Assembly (NCBI GenBank): GCA_049323975.1
Contig: JBMOMY010000036.1
Span: 1 to 34,321, forward strand
Reading direction: 5' to 3'
DNA from: Pseudomonadota bacterium
GTDB lineage: Bacteria; Pseudomonadota; Alphaproteobacteria; UBA11222
Length of the DNA stretch: 34,321 nt
In this document: in pieces, positions 26,717-34,321 of the stretch
Layout: every line of letters starts with the position of its first letter
Position numbering within the stretch: the first letter of the stretch is position 1
The notes under the pieces: generated by a model
The model's database searches: none
The model's input: only the letters and a program-made list of their open reading frames with translations
Told to the model about the DNA's origin: nothing
Translations under genes and position numbers: made by a program

Positions 26717-27358
26717 ATGATTAAAAATTTAATGATTGGGGCCGCCGCACTGACTTTTTCCCTGGGTTTTTCGGGAACAGGTACGACAGGCGCCGCGCAT
26801 GCAAGCCTTCTGGTCGCCAATGGCGTTCTGGATCCCTGCGCGGAGGTGCTTTCACCTCCGGGCGGAGCGGGTTCTGGACCGGCATGCGGCGTATCGACGG
26901 AGTCGGGGACCTTCAATATCTCCTACGATACGATCACGAAACTGCTGACGATCGCCTTTGAATATACCGGGTTGTCCGATGCTTTTACGACCTGGCACAT
27001 TCACGGACCTGCCGATGCAGACAGTGTGGCTGGCGCCATGCTTGAAGGGCCGGTCGTTTTCCCGTTGGCGGATGAAGACGGCACGCCCTCTGCGGCGGAT
27101 GAAAATCCGTTTCATGCAAGCATCACCATGAGCGATGTACTGCTTGGCGCTTTCGGCGAAACGCTTGCCTCTTTCGAAGCGGCGCTGAAGGCCGATCTGC
27201 TTTATCTGAACATCCATTCAGCGCTGCCGGACGGGTTCCCCCTGGGTGAATTGCGCGGCCAGCTGCTGTTCGTCGACGTGCCCGAACCCGCCAGCATGAC
27301 CCTTCTGGGCGCCGGAATTATGGGTCTGGGCTATATGGCCCGCCGCCGCAAGGCCTGA
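26717..27358 (+). CDS. CHRD-domain PEP-CTERM exported protein
   Basis: Signal peptide; CHRD motifs YTGLS...WHIHGPA and LYLNIHS...FPLGELRGQL; VPEPASMTLLGAGIMGLGYMARRRKA; AAGGAG RBS. Confidence 0.92.
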   Translation: MIKNLMIGAAALTFSLGFSGTGTTGAAHASLLVANGVLDPCAEVLSPPGGAGSGPACGVSTESGTFNISYDTITKLLTIAFEYTGLSDAFTTWHIHGPADADSVAGAMLEGPVVFPLADEDGTPSAADENPFHASITMSDVLLGAFGETLASFEAALKADLLYLNIHSALPDGFPLGELRGQLLFVDVPEPASMTLLGAGIMGLGYMARRRKA

Positions 27359-27417
27359 GCCCTGATCCATCACAGGCTATGAAAATGGCGGCTTTCGGGC
27401 CGCCATTTTTTGTGCGC
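27281..27417 (+). repeat. 137 bp direct repeat, copy 2 (includes the terminator at 27382-27411)
   Basis: Copy of 26107-26243 at an offset of 1174 bp. Confidence 0.92.
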
Positions 27418-27492
27418 CTTATGACGCGCCGCCTGTTAGCTCTCCCGTGTCATACCGATCGTAAGGCTCGCATCCAGAATGACGCCAACACC

Positions 27493-29793
27493 CTATTCTT
27501 TCGCCATCTGCAGCGCGCGCCACATGGCGAAAGGGGTAAGAGGCATGTCGAGATGGGTGATGCCCAGATGCGCCACCGCATCCAGCACCGCGTTCATCAG
27601 CGCGGGCGGCGCGCCGGTCGCCCCGGCTTCGCCGCAGCCCTTGACCCCCATCTCGTTGGTGGCGCAGGGGGAATTGCAGGTCTCGACGGCAAAGCCCGGC
27701 ATATCGGCGGCGCGCGGCATCCAGTAATCGAGGAAGGAGCCGCTCAGCAATTGCCCGCTGTGCGGATCATAGACCGCGTGCTCCCCCAGCGCCTGACCCA
27801 GCCCCTGCACGATGCCGCCATGCACCTGCCCCTCGACGATCATCGGGTTCAGCACACGGCCGAAATCATCCACCGCCGTATAGTTCAGCACCCGGATGAC
27901 TCCGGTTTCCGGATCGATCTCCACCTCGCAGATATGGCAGCCATTGGGAAATTGAAATGGCGTATTGTGATATTCCGCATTGGCTGTAAGCCCTTCCGGG
28001 CCAGCCGCCTTTGCCGCATCCCCAAGGGTGATGGTCCGGTCCGTGCCCACGATCCGGAATATGCCGCCCTCATATTCGATGTCGGCGCTGGCGGCCTCCA
28101 GCTCGTTTGCGGCGGCAAGTTTGGCCCTGGCGATCACTTCCACCGCAGCGGCGCGCGCCGCGCTGCTCCCCATCAGTCCTGAGCCCGAGCCCCCGGAAAG
28201 TCCGCCCGCCGGCAATTCATTGCTGTCGCCGCTGCTGACGCGGATTCGCTCGAACGGCACGCCAAGGGCGTCGGCGGCGATCTGGGCGTAAACCGTTTCA
28301 TGCCCCATGCCGTTGGACTGATTGCCCATGAACACCGATACCGCGCCGTCAGGCAAAAGGGTGACTTTCGCGGTCTCCATGGGCGGACCGCCAGATTTCT
28401 CCACATAAAAGGCCATGCCGATTCCAGAGAGCTTGCCTGCCGCCCTGCGGCCTTTCTGGCGCGCCGTGAACCCGTCCCAATCGGCCAGACGCTGCGCCTC
28501 GCGCATGACGCGGTGGAAATCGCCGCTGTCATAGACATAACCGCCAGCGGTGGCATAGGGCATCTGATCCGGACGGATGAAATTGCGCGCGCGCAACTCG
28601 TCAGGCGCGATGCCCATTTCGCGGGCCGCCGCATCCACCAGCCGCTCGATCAGATAGGCGGCTTCGGGCCGCCCCGCGCCCCGATAGGCGTCGGTTGGCA
28701 CCGTATTGGTGAAGACGGGTTTCGCATTCAGATACATGGCGGGAATGGCGTAGACCCCCACCTGCAGACCGCCCGCGCCGGTGGTGAACATGCCCGGCCC
28801 CATGATCGAGGCATAGGCCCCCACATTGCCCGTGATCTGCGCCCGAAGCGCCAGCATCCGACCGTCCCCGTCCAGCGCCAGCTCCGCATCGCAGATCTGG
28901 TCGCGGCCCTGATGATCGCTGAGGAAACTCTCACTGCGTCCCGCCGTCCATTTCACCGGCCGGCCGATCTTCTTCGCGGCCCAGATGGCGGTGACCTGTT
29001 CAGGGTAGATGAACGCCTTCATGCCGAAACTGCCGCCCACATCATAGGTCCGCACCCGCATGGATTCGGGCGGAAGATGAAACACCGCCCCGGCCACGAG
29101 ACCACGCCAGCGGAACACCCCCTGTGTCGCGGTATGCACCGTATAATGATCCGTCCCGGGATCATATTCGGCGATCACCATGCGCGGCTCCATGGAGTTG
29201 GCGACCACACGGTTGTTGATGAGATGCAGCCGGGTCACATGGCGCGCGCGGGCAAAGCCTGCATCCGTGGCCTTCCTGTCACCCAGTTCCCAGTCCACCA
29301 CCAGATTGCCGGGGGCTTCCGGCCAGATTTGCGGCGCATCCGGCAGCAGGGCCAAAGCGGCGTCCGTGACGCAGGGCAATTCTTCATATTCGACCGCCAC
29401 CAGATCCGCCGCGTCACTGGCCTCCCGCCAGCTTTCCGCCAGCACCACCGCCAGAGGATCGCCTACATGGCGCACGATTTCCGGGCACAGCGCCAGGCGG
29501 AACGGGGTGATATTCCCCCGGCCGTCACGCCCCGTCAGACTGGCGATGCAGGGCATGCCGCCCAGACCGCTCTCCGCCATATCCCTGCCGGTAAGGATCG
29601 CCACCACGCCGGGCGCGGCCTTTGCTTCGTCCAGATCCAGGGCCGCGATGCGCGCATGGGCATAAGGCGAACGGACAAAGGCCGCATAGACCTGTCCCGG
29701 CGCATTCACATCATCGCCATAACGCCCCTGTCCAGTGATGAAACGCGCGTCTTCCTTGCGGCGGTAGGCCTGTCCGGTTGCAAATACTCCCAT
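27493..29793 (-). CDS. Xanthine dehydrogenase family molybdopterin-binding subunit (form II CoxL-like)
   Basis: RRKEDARFITGQGRY, VRSPYAHA, VGGSFGMK, active-site AYRGAGR, EGQVHGG, KGCGEAG. Confidence 0.93.
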   Translation of the reverse strand: MGVFATGQAYRRKEDARFITGQGRYGDDVNAPGQVYAAFVRSPYAHARIAALDLDEAKAAPGVVAILTGRDMAESGLGGMPCIASLTGRDGRGNITPFRLALCPEIVRHVGDPLAVVLAESWREASDAADLVAVEYEELPCVTDAALALLPDAPQIWPEAPGNLVVDWELGDRKATDAGFARARHVTRLHLINNRVVANSMEPRMVIAEYDPGTDHYTVHTATQGVFRWRGLVAGAVFHLPPESMRVRTYDVGGSFGMKAFIYPEQVTAIWAAKKIGRPVKWTAGRSESFLSDHQGRDQICDAELALDGDGRMLALRAQITGNVGAYASIMGPGMFTTGAGGLQVGVYAIPAMYLNAKPVFTNTVPTDAYRGAGRPEAAYLIERLVDAAAREMGIAPDELRARNFIRPDQMPYATAGGYVYDSGDFHRVMREAQRLADWDGFTARQKGRRAAGKLSGIGMAFYVEKSGGPPMETAKVTLLPDGAVSVFMGNQSNGMGHETVYAQIAADALGVPFERIRVSSGDSNELPAGGLSGGSGSGLMGSSAARAAAVEVIARAKLAAANELEAASADIEYEGGIFRIVGTDRTITLGDAAKAAGPEGLTANAEYHNTPFQFPNGCHICEVEIDPETGVIRVLNYTAVDDFGRVLNPMIVEGQVHGGIVQGLGQALGEHAVYDPHSGQLLSGSFLDYWMPRAADMPGFAVETCNSPCATNEMGVKGCGEAGATGAPPALMNAVLDAVAHLGITHLDMPLTPFAMWRALQMAKE

Positions 29794-29812
29794 GGCGCTC
29801 TTTCCTGCTGGT

Positions 29813-30739
29813 CTATCCGTTCATTGCATCGATTTCTGGCAGCACTTCATCGATCAGCAGTTTCGTCTGCGCCAGCATTTCATCGCCATTGGCGGCAACC
29901 GGCCGCAGGATGAATTTATGGGCGCCTGCTGCGATGAATTCACGCAATCGCGCGAGAATGTCTTCCGCGCCGCCCACTGCATAATAACCGCGGGGGTCGT
30001 CCTTGACCCGTTTCGACAGGGCTTCGAGATTACGCGCCACCGGCGCATCATCCCAGCGGCCAAAACGGAACGCAAAGCCCGCCCCGTAATGATCGGCGTC
30101 TATGGTTCTTCCGGATTCAAGCAGCGCCTGTTTGACGCCTTCGATCACCGGCGCGATCTGCGCAGGGGTCTCGATCCCCGCCTGCCAGCCCGTGCCATAC
30201 AGCGCCGTACGGCGGATCGCGCCTTCAGCCGATCCTCCAACCCACAGGGGAATGTCGCTCTGCACCGGGCGCGGGGAAATGGAGACATCTTTATACTGAA
30301 AGAACTCCCCTTCAAAACTGACGCTTTCCTCACGCCAGAGCCGGGAGATCAGCAACAGGCACTCATCGGTGCGCACGCCGCGCCGCCGGGTGGGGCGGCC
30401 CGTCGCCGCCCATTCCGGCCCAAAGGCGCTGCCGACGCCGAACGCCGGAAGAAGCCGGCCATTGCTCAGCACATCGATGGTGGCGCATTGCTTGGCCAGC
30501 AGAAGCGGGTCGCGCAGACCGGCGGAAGCGACATTCATGCCGAATTTGAGGCGCCGGGTCGCACCGGCCAGGGCCGCCATCACGCTCATGCATTCCAGAT
30601 GCGGGTCTTTGGAGACGATGCGGTCGGACTGCCAGATGGAATCGACGCCGCTGTCCTCGCATAGATCCACCCAGCGCCAGAACGCCTCCGCATCACGAAA
30701 TGGAAAATTTGCAATGCCCAATCCCACGCCATAGGTCAT
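29813..30739 (-). CDS. LLM-class flavin (possibly F420)-dependent oxidoreductase
   Basis: GVDSIWQSDR, LECMSVMAALAGATRRLKFG, LAKQCATIDVLSNGR, PLWVGG. Confidence 0.9.
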   Translation of the reverse strand: MTYGVGLGIANFPFRDAEAFWRWVDLCEDSGVDSIWQSDRIVSKDPHLECMSVMAALAGATRRLKFGMNVASAGLRDPLLLAKQCATIDVLSNGRLLPAFGVGSAFGPEWAATGRPTRRRGVRTDECLLLISRLWREESVSFEGEFFQYKDVSISPRPVQSDIPLWVGGSAEGAIRRTALYGTGWQAGIETPAQIAPVIEGVKQALLESGRTIDADHYGAGFAFRFGRWDDAPVARNLEALSKRVKDDPRGYYAVGGAEDILARLREFIAAGAHKFILRPVAANGDEMLAQTKLLIDEVLPEIDAMNG

Positions 30740-30823
30740 ACGGTCTGTTCCCTGACTCTTCTCTCAAAGCCCTTTTTCAGCCTACCACATTCCGCGGCAA
30801 GCTCCAGGCCTGAAGAAGAAACG

Positions 30824-31441
30824 TTACGCCGTAAGACTGGTGGCGGGAATTTTCAGTACGCTTTCAATGAGATGTCGCAGAAAACCGTCCATATCCCGGG
30901 CGGCCTGATGGGCGAAATGCATCAGCACCACCATATGCGCATCCCCAACAATGATGCGCGCCGCATCGCGCGGATCGACATCCGCGGGGATCTGGCCCTG
31001 CCTTTGGCCGCGAACGATCAGATCCTGCAGACGGTTCACCACCTTTTCCTGAAAGACAAGGTATTTCGGCCAGATGTCGTCACGCACGGATGTGCTCCAC
31101 TCCAGCCAGACCCGCACCATATCCGTATGGGTTTCGGTGGCGTCGGCAAAAGCGCGCATGAGATTATAGAGCGCCTGGGGCGCCGTCACATTCTTCTGGT
31201 CGAGATTCTCCAGAAGGGCGGTCAGATTTTTGGCCACTTCCTCCAGTATCTGCAGGACCAGGATTTCACGGGTAGGGAAATAGTTGAACACGGTGGCCAC
31301 GGAAACCCCGGCTTCCCGGGCAATTTCCGCATGGCTGGCGCGGCCTATCCCGAGGCGCGCAAAAACCTGAATGCCATAATCCATTAATTGCGCCCGACGG
31401 TCTTCTGGCTGCATCCGCCTGCGGGGTGATGCGATATTCAT
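30824..31441 (-). CDS. TetR-family regulator of the Vibrio LuxR/HapR/SmcR type
   Basis: VFARLGIGRASHAEIA..AGVSVATVFNYFPTRE and VWLEWSTSVRDDIWP; 205 aa from MNIAS (alternative start at 31486). Confidence 0.85.
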   Translation of the reverse strand: MNIASPRRRMQPEDRRAQLMDYGIQVFARLGIGRASHAEIAREAGVSVATVFNYFPTREILVLQILEEVAKNLTALLENLDQKNVTAPQALYNLMRAFADATETHTDMVRVWLEWSTSVRDDIWPKYLVFQEKVVNRLQDLIVRGQRQGQIPADVDPRDAARIIVGDAHMVVLMHFAHQAARDMDGFLRHLIESVLKIPATSLTA

Positions 31442-31513
31442 GGACAGGTCATTAATGCATTTAACCGGCTTTGTCCAATCTATCATAAGAAATTCGCGCG
31501 CGTCTCTGACGCC

Positions 31514-31561
31514 TGCCTCAAGAATGTGCGGGAGAAAGGCAAACTGCCCCCAAAACCAGCA
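31514..31561. promoter_or_regulatory. Tandem NtrC-like enhancer sites
   Basis: tgcctcaagaatgtgcg (31514-31530) and tgcccccaaaaccagca (31545-31561) resemble TGC-N11-GCA; 31 bp apart, upstream of the sigma54 site. Confidence 0.55.
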
Positions 31562-31622
31562 CCGTGTCGATCCCCCTGTAAACTAACCCGCGTTAAAATC
31601 AGCCTTTTCCTGAATTTAAGGA

Positions 31623-31638
31623 TTGGCCTGATTGTTGC
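31623..31638 (+). promoter_or_regulatory. Sigma54 (-24/-12) promoter of nirBD
   Basis: TTGGCctgattgTTGC, GG-N10-GC. Confidence 0.8.
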
Positions 31639-31695
31639 GTTCCCTTCTCAGAGCAGACGTTGTTTCAGGAAATAAGGGATAAAGGGTAAACGGCA

Positions 31696-34131
31696 ATGAA
31701 GCCAAAACTGGTGGTTATCGGCAACGGAATGGCCGGTATGCGAGCGGTCGAGGAACTTCTTGAACGCGCGCCGGACGCCTATGACATTACCGTATTCGGC
31801 GCCGAGCCGAATGTGAATTACAACCGCATCATGCTCTCGCCGCTTCTGGCGGGGGAAAAGAGCTTTGCGGACATCATCATCAACGATCTTTCCTGGTATG
31901 CGGATAACCATATCACGCTGCATCTCGGCGAGAAGATCGAGGCCATCGACTGCGCCGGCAAGAAGGTGGTCACGGCTGGCGGCGCCAAACTTCCCTATGA
32001 CCGGTTGCTGATCGCCACCGGCTCCGACCCGTTCATTCTGCCTATCCCGGGGGCCGGTCTGCCCGGCGTGGTGACCTTCCGTGACAGGGGCGATGTTGAA
32101 CAGATGCTGGAGGCAAGCCGCCGGCATAAACGCGCCGTGGTCATTGGCGGCGGGCTGCTGGGGCTGGAAGCCGCGAACGGGCTTCTGGCGAACGGCATGC
32201 AGGTCACTGTCCTGCATCTGATGCCCAATCTGATGGAGCGTCAGCTCGATGAAGCCGCGGGCTATCTGCTGCAACGCGAACTGGAGGTTCGCGGGATGGA
32301 GATCATCACCCGCGCCAACAGCCGGGAAATCTATGGCGCCGATAAGGCCGAAGGCGTCCTGCTGGATGACGGAAGGCGCATCGACGCCGATCTCGTGGTG
32401 ATGGCGGTAGGCATCAAGCCGAATATCGCCCTGGCGAAGGCTGCGGGGCTGACCTGTGAACGCGGCGTCGTCGTGGATGACCACATGGTTACGTCGGATC
32501 CTTCGATCCTGGCCGTGGGCGAATGCGTGCAGCACAGGGGCGCGGTCTATGGCCTGGTCGCGCCGCTGTTCGATATGGCGAAAGTGGTCGCCGCCCAGCT
32601 TGCCGACGACGCGGCGGCGGCCTATGAGGGTTCGGTCACCAATACGCGGCTGAAAGTAACAGGTATCGATCTGTTTTCCGCAGGCGATTTTTCCGAAGGC
32701 GAAGGCTGCGAGGACATCATCCTGCGCGACGCCAGCCGCGGGGTCTATAAACGCCTGGTGCTGAAAGACAACCGCATCCGCGGCGCCGTGCTGTATGGCG
32801 ATACTGGAGATGGCGGCTGGTATTTCCAGATGCTGCGCGACGGCGTGGATGTTTCCGGCATGCGCGACAGCCTGATCTTCGGACAGGCCTTCGCCGGAGG
32901 TGGCCGGGAAAACCCTAAATCCGCCGTTGCGGCGCTGGCGGATTCTGCGGAAATCTGCGGCTGTAACGGCGTGTGCAAAGGCAGGATCGTAACCGCGATT
33001 TCGGAACACGGTCTTACCAGCGTCGATGAGGTGCGGGCCAAGACCAAGGCGTCGGCTTCTTGCGGCTCCTGCACCGGACTTGTGGAGCAGCTGCTGCAAA
33101 TCACCCTGGGTGACGGTTATCTGGGCGGGCCGGCGGTCAAGTCCGTGTGCAAATGCACGGATCTCTCCCATGACGAAATACGCCGCCTGATCCTGGTCAG
33201 GGAGCTGAAAACCATTCCCGCCGTCATGCAGGAACTGCAATGGAAATCCGCTGATGGTTGCGCCACCTGCCGTCCGGCCCTGAATTATTATCTGCTGTGC
33301 GAATGGCCTGGCGAGTATTGCGATGATTATCAGTCGCGTTTCATCAATGAGCGCGCCCACGCCAATATCCAGAAGGACGGCACCTATTCCGTGGTGCCCC
33401 GCATGTGGGGCGGCCTTACCAACGCCAGGGAACTGCGGGCGATCGCGGATGTGGTGGAGAAATTCGCCATCCCCACGGTGAAGGTGACCGGCGGCCAGAG
33501 ACTGGATCTGCTGGGCGTCCAAAAAGACCAGTTGCCGGAAGTCTGGAAAGACCTGAACGCTGCGGGCCTTGTTTCCGGCCATGCCTATGGCAAGGCGCTG
33601 CGCACGGTGAAAACCTGTGTCGGTTCCGAATGGTGCCGTTTCGGCACCCAGGCTTCCATGGGCATGGGCGTGGAGATCGAAAAAATGACCTGGGGAAGCT
33701 GGACCCCCCACAAGGTGAAAATGGCGGTGTCCGGCTGCCCGCGCAACTGCGCCGAGGCGACGATCAAGGATTTCGGCGTCGTGGCCGTGGATTCCGGCTG
33801 GGAACTCCATGTAGGCGGTAATGGCGGCATCAAGGTCCGCGCCACCGATCTTCTCTGCAAGGTGGAAACCGCGGAGGAGGTGCTGGAATATTGCGGCGCC
33901 TTCATGCAGCTTTACCGCCAGGAAGCCCATTATCTTGAGCGCACCGCGCCCTGGCTGGAGCGCGTGGGTCTTGACCATATCCGGGAAAAAATCGTCGAGG
34001 ACAAGGAGAACCGCGCCAGGCTTCACGCCAGATTTCTGCATTCCCAGAAGTTTGTGCAGAAGGACCCGTGGGCCGAACGCGCCAGCGAAGGCGTGCACGC
34101 CCATGAATATCGCCAGCTTGAAATGGCGTGA
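31696..34131 (+). CDS. nirB: Assimilatory NADH-dependent nitrite reductase, large subunit
   Basis: VIGNGMAG FAD motif, GGGLLGLEAA, BFD-like CGCNGV...CGSC, siroheme/4Fe-4S motifs KTCVGSEWCRFG and VSGCPRNCAE. Confidence 0.97.
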   Translation: MKPKLVVIGNGMAGMRAVEELLERAPDAYDITVFGAEPNVNYNRIMLSPLLAGEKSFADIIINDLSWYADNHITLHLGEKIEAIDCAGKKVVTAGGAKLPYDRLLIATGSDPFILPIPGAGLPGVVTFRDRGDVEQMLEASRRHKRAVVIGGGLLGLEAANGLLANGMQVTVLHLMPNLMERQLDEAAGYLLQRELEVRGMEIITRANSREIYGADKAEGVLLDDGRRIDADLVVMAVGIKPNIALAKAAGLTCERGVVVDDHMVTSDPSILAVGECVQHRGAVYGLVAPLFDMAKVVAAQLADDAAAAYEGSVTNTRLKVTGIDLFSAGDFSEGEGCEDIILRDASRGVYKRLVLKDNRIRGAVLYGDTGDGGWYFQMLRDGVDVSGMRDSLIFGQAFAGGGRENPKSAVAALADSAEICGCNGVCKGRIVTAISEHGLTSVDEVRAKTKASASCGSCTGLVEQLLQITLGDGYLGGPAVKSVCKCTDLSHDEIRRLILVRELKTIPAVMQELQWKSADGCATCRPALNYYLLCEWPGEYCDDYQSRFINERAHANIQKDGTYSVVPRMWGGLTNARELRAIADVVEKFAIPTVKVTGGQRLDLLGVQKDQLPEVWKDLNAAGLVSGHAYGKALRTVKTCVGSEWCRFGTQASMGMGVEIEKMTWGSWTPHKVKMAVSGCPRNCAEATIKDFGVVAVDSGWELHVGGNGGIKVRATDLLCKVETAEEVLEYCGAFMQLYRQEAHYLERTAPWLERVGLDHIREKIVEDKENRARLHARFLHSQKFVQKDPWAERASEGVHAHEYRQLEMA

Positions 34132-34145
34132 CGGGAGATTGTGAG

Positions 34146-34321
34146 ATGGCCGAATGGATTGAAACCGGAAAAGTGACGGATATTCCAAGGCTAGGCGCCC
34201 GGACCGTCCAGGCGGGCGGCCTGCGGATCGCCATTTTTCGCACCGCTAATGACGAAATTTTCGCGCTGGAAGACCGCTGTCCGCACAAGGACGGCCCGCT
34301 TTCCCAGGGCATTGTGCATGG
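34146..34321 (+). CDS. nirD: Nitrite reductase small subunit (Rieske-like), 3' truncated by the window
   Basis: MAEWIETGKVTDIPRLGARTV...IAIFRTANDEIFALEDRCPHKDGPLSQGIVH. Confidence 0.93.
   Translation, partial: MAEWIETGKVTDIPRLGARTVQAGGLRIAIFRTANDEIFALEDRCPHKDGPLSQGIVH

Noticed and set aside
27493-29793. Aerobic CO dehydrogenase (form I coxL)
   Set aside because: The active-site motif is AYRGAGR, not AYxCSFR, and no cox accessory genes are present.
29813-31441. Bioluminescence (lux) locus suggested by a LuxR-like regulator beside a luciferase-like gene
   Set aside because: The LLM gene is a generic family member rather than luxA/luxB, and luxCDE are absent.
28300-34188. Long antisense ORFs 28300-29913 (+), 29792-30664 (+) and 31648-34188 (-)
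   Set aside because: Shadows of the coxL-like, LLM and nirB genes caused by high-GC codon bias.
1-34321. CRISPR array, IS element or prophage
   Set aside because: No regularly spaced repeats, transposase, integrase or phage structural genes were recognised.

Overview
GC-rich alphaproteobacterial chromosome segment. Core genes: divergent ecm/ccr of the ethylmalonyl-CoA pathway; hemC-hemD-mitofilin(COG4223)-hemY followed by tRNA-Thr(CGT), with divergent tsaD; and a sigma54/NtrC-type nirBD assimilatory nitrite reductase operon. Catabolic genes: tandem SDRs, enoyl-CoA hydratase, thioesterase, TauD dioxygenase, alpha/beta hydrolase, two luciferase-like monooxygenases and a CoxL-like molybdoenzyme. 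Small AT-richer accessory modules are interspersed: (i) a large putative OB-fold antitoxin-like gene coupled to a PIN toxin; (ii) an HD dNTPase-like gene with a KE microsatellite coupled to a YwgA/SocA-like gene; (iii) a 4.2 kb block (small ORF, GntA/YqcI-like gene, DUF1989, ymgE-like, katE) bracketed by a 36 bp direct repeat derived from a vapC 3' end. Several toxin-antitoxin loci have decayed toxins. Two PEP-CTERM genes share a near-identical 137 bp 3' cassette. A TetR regulator closely resembles Vibrio LuxR/HapR/SmcR. All family assignments are from motif recognition by eye; no searches were run.
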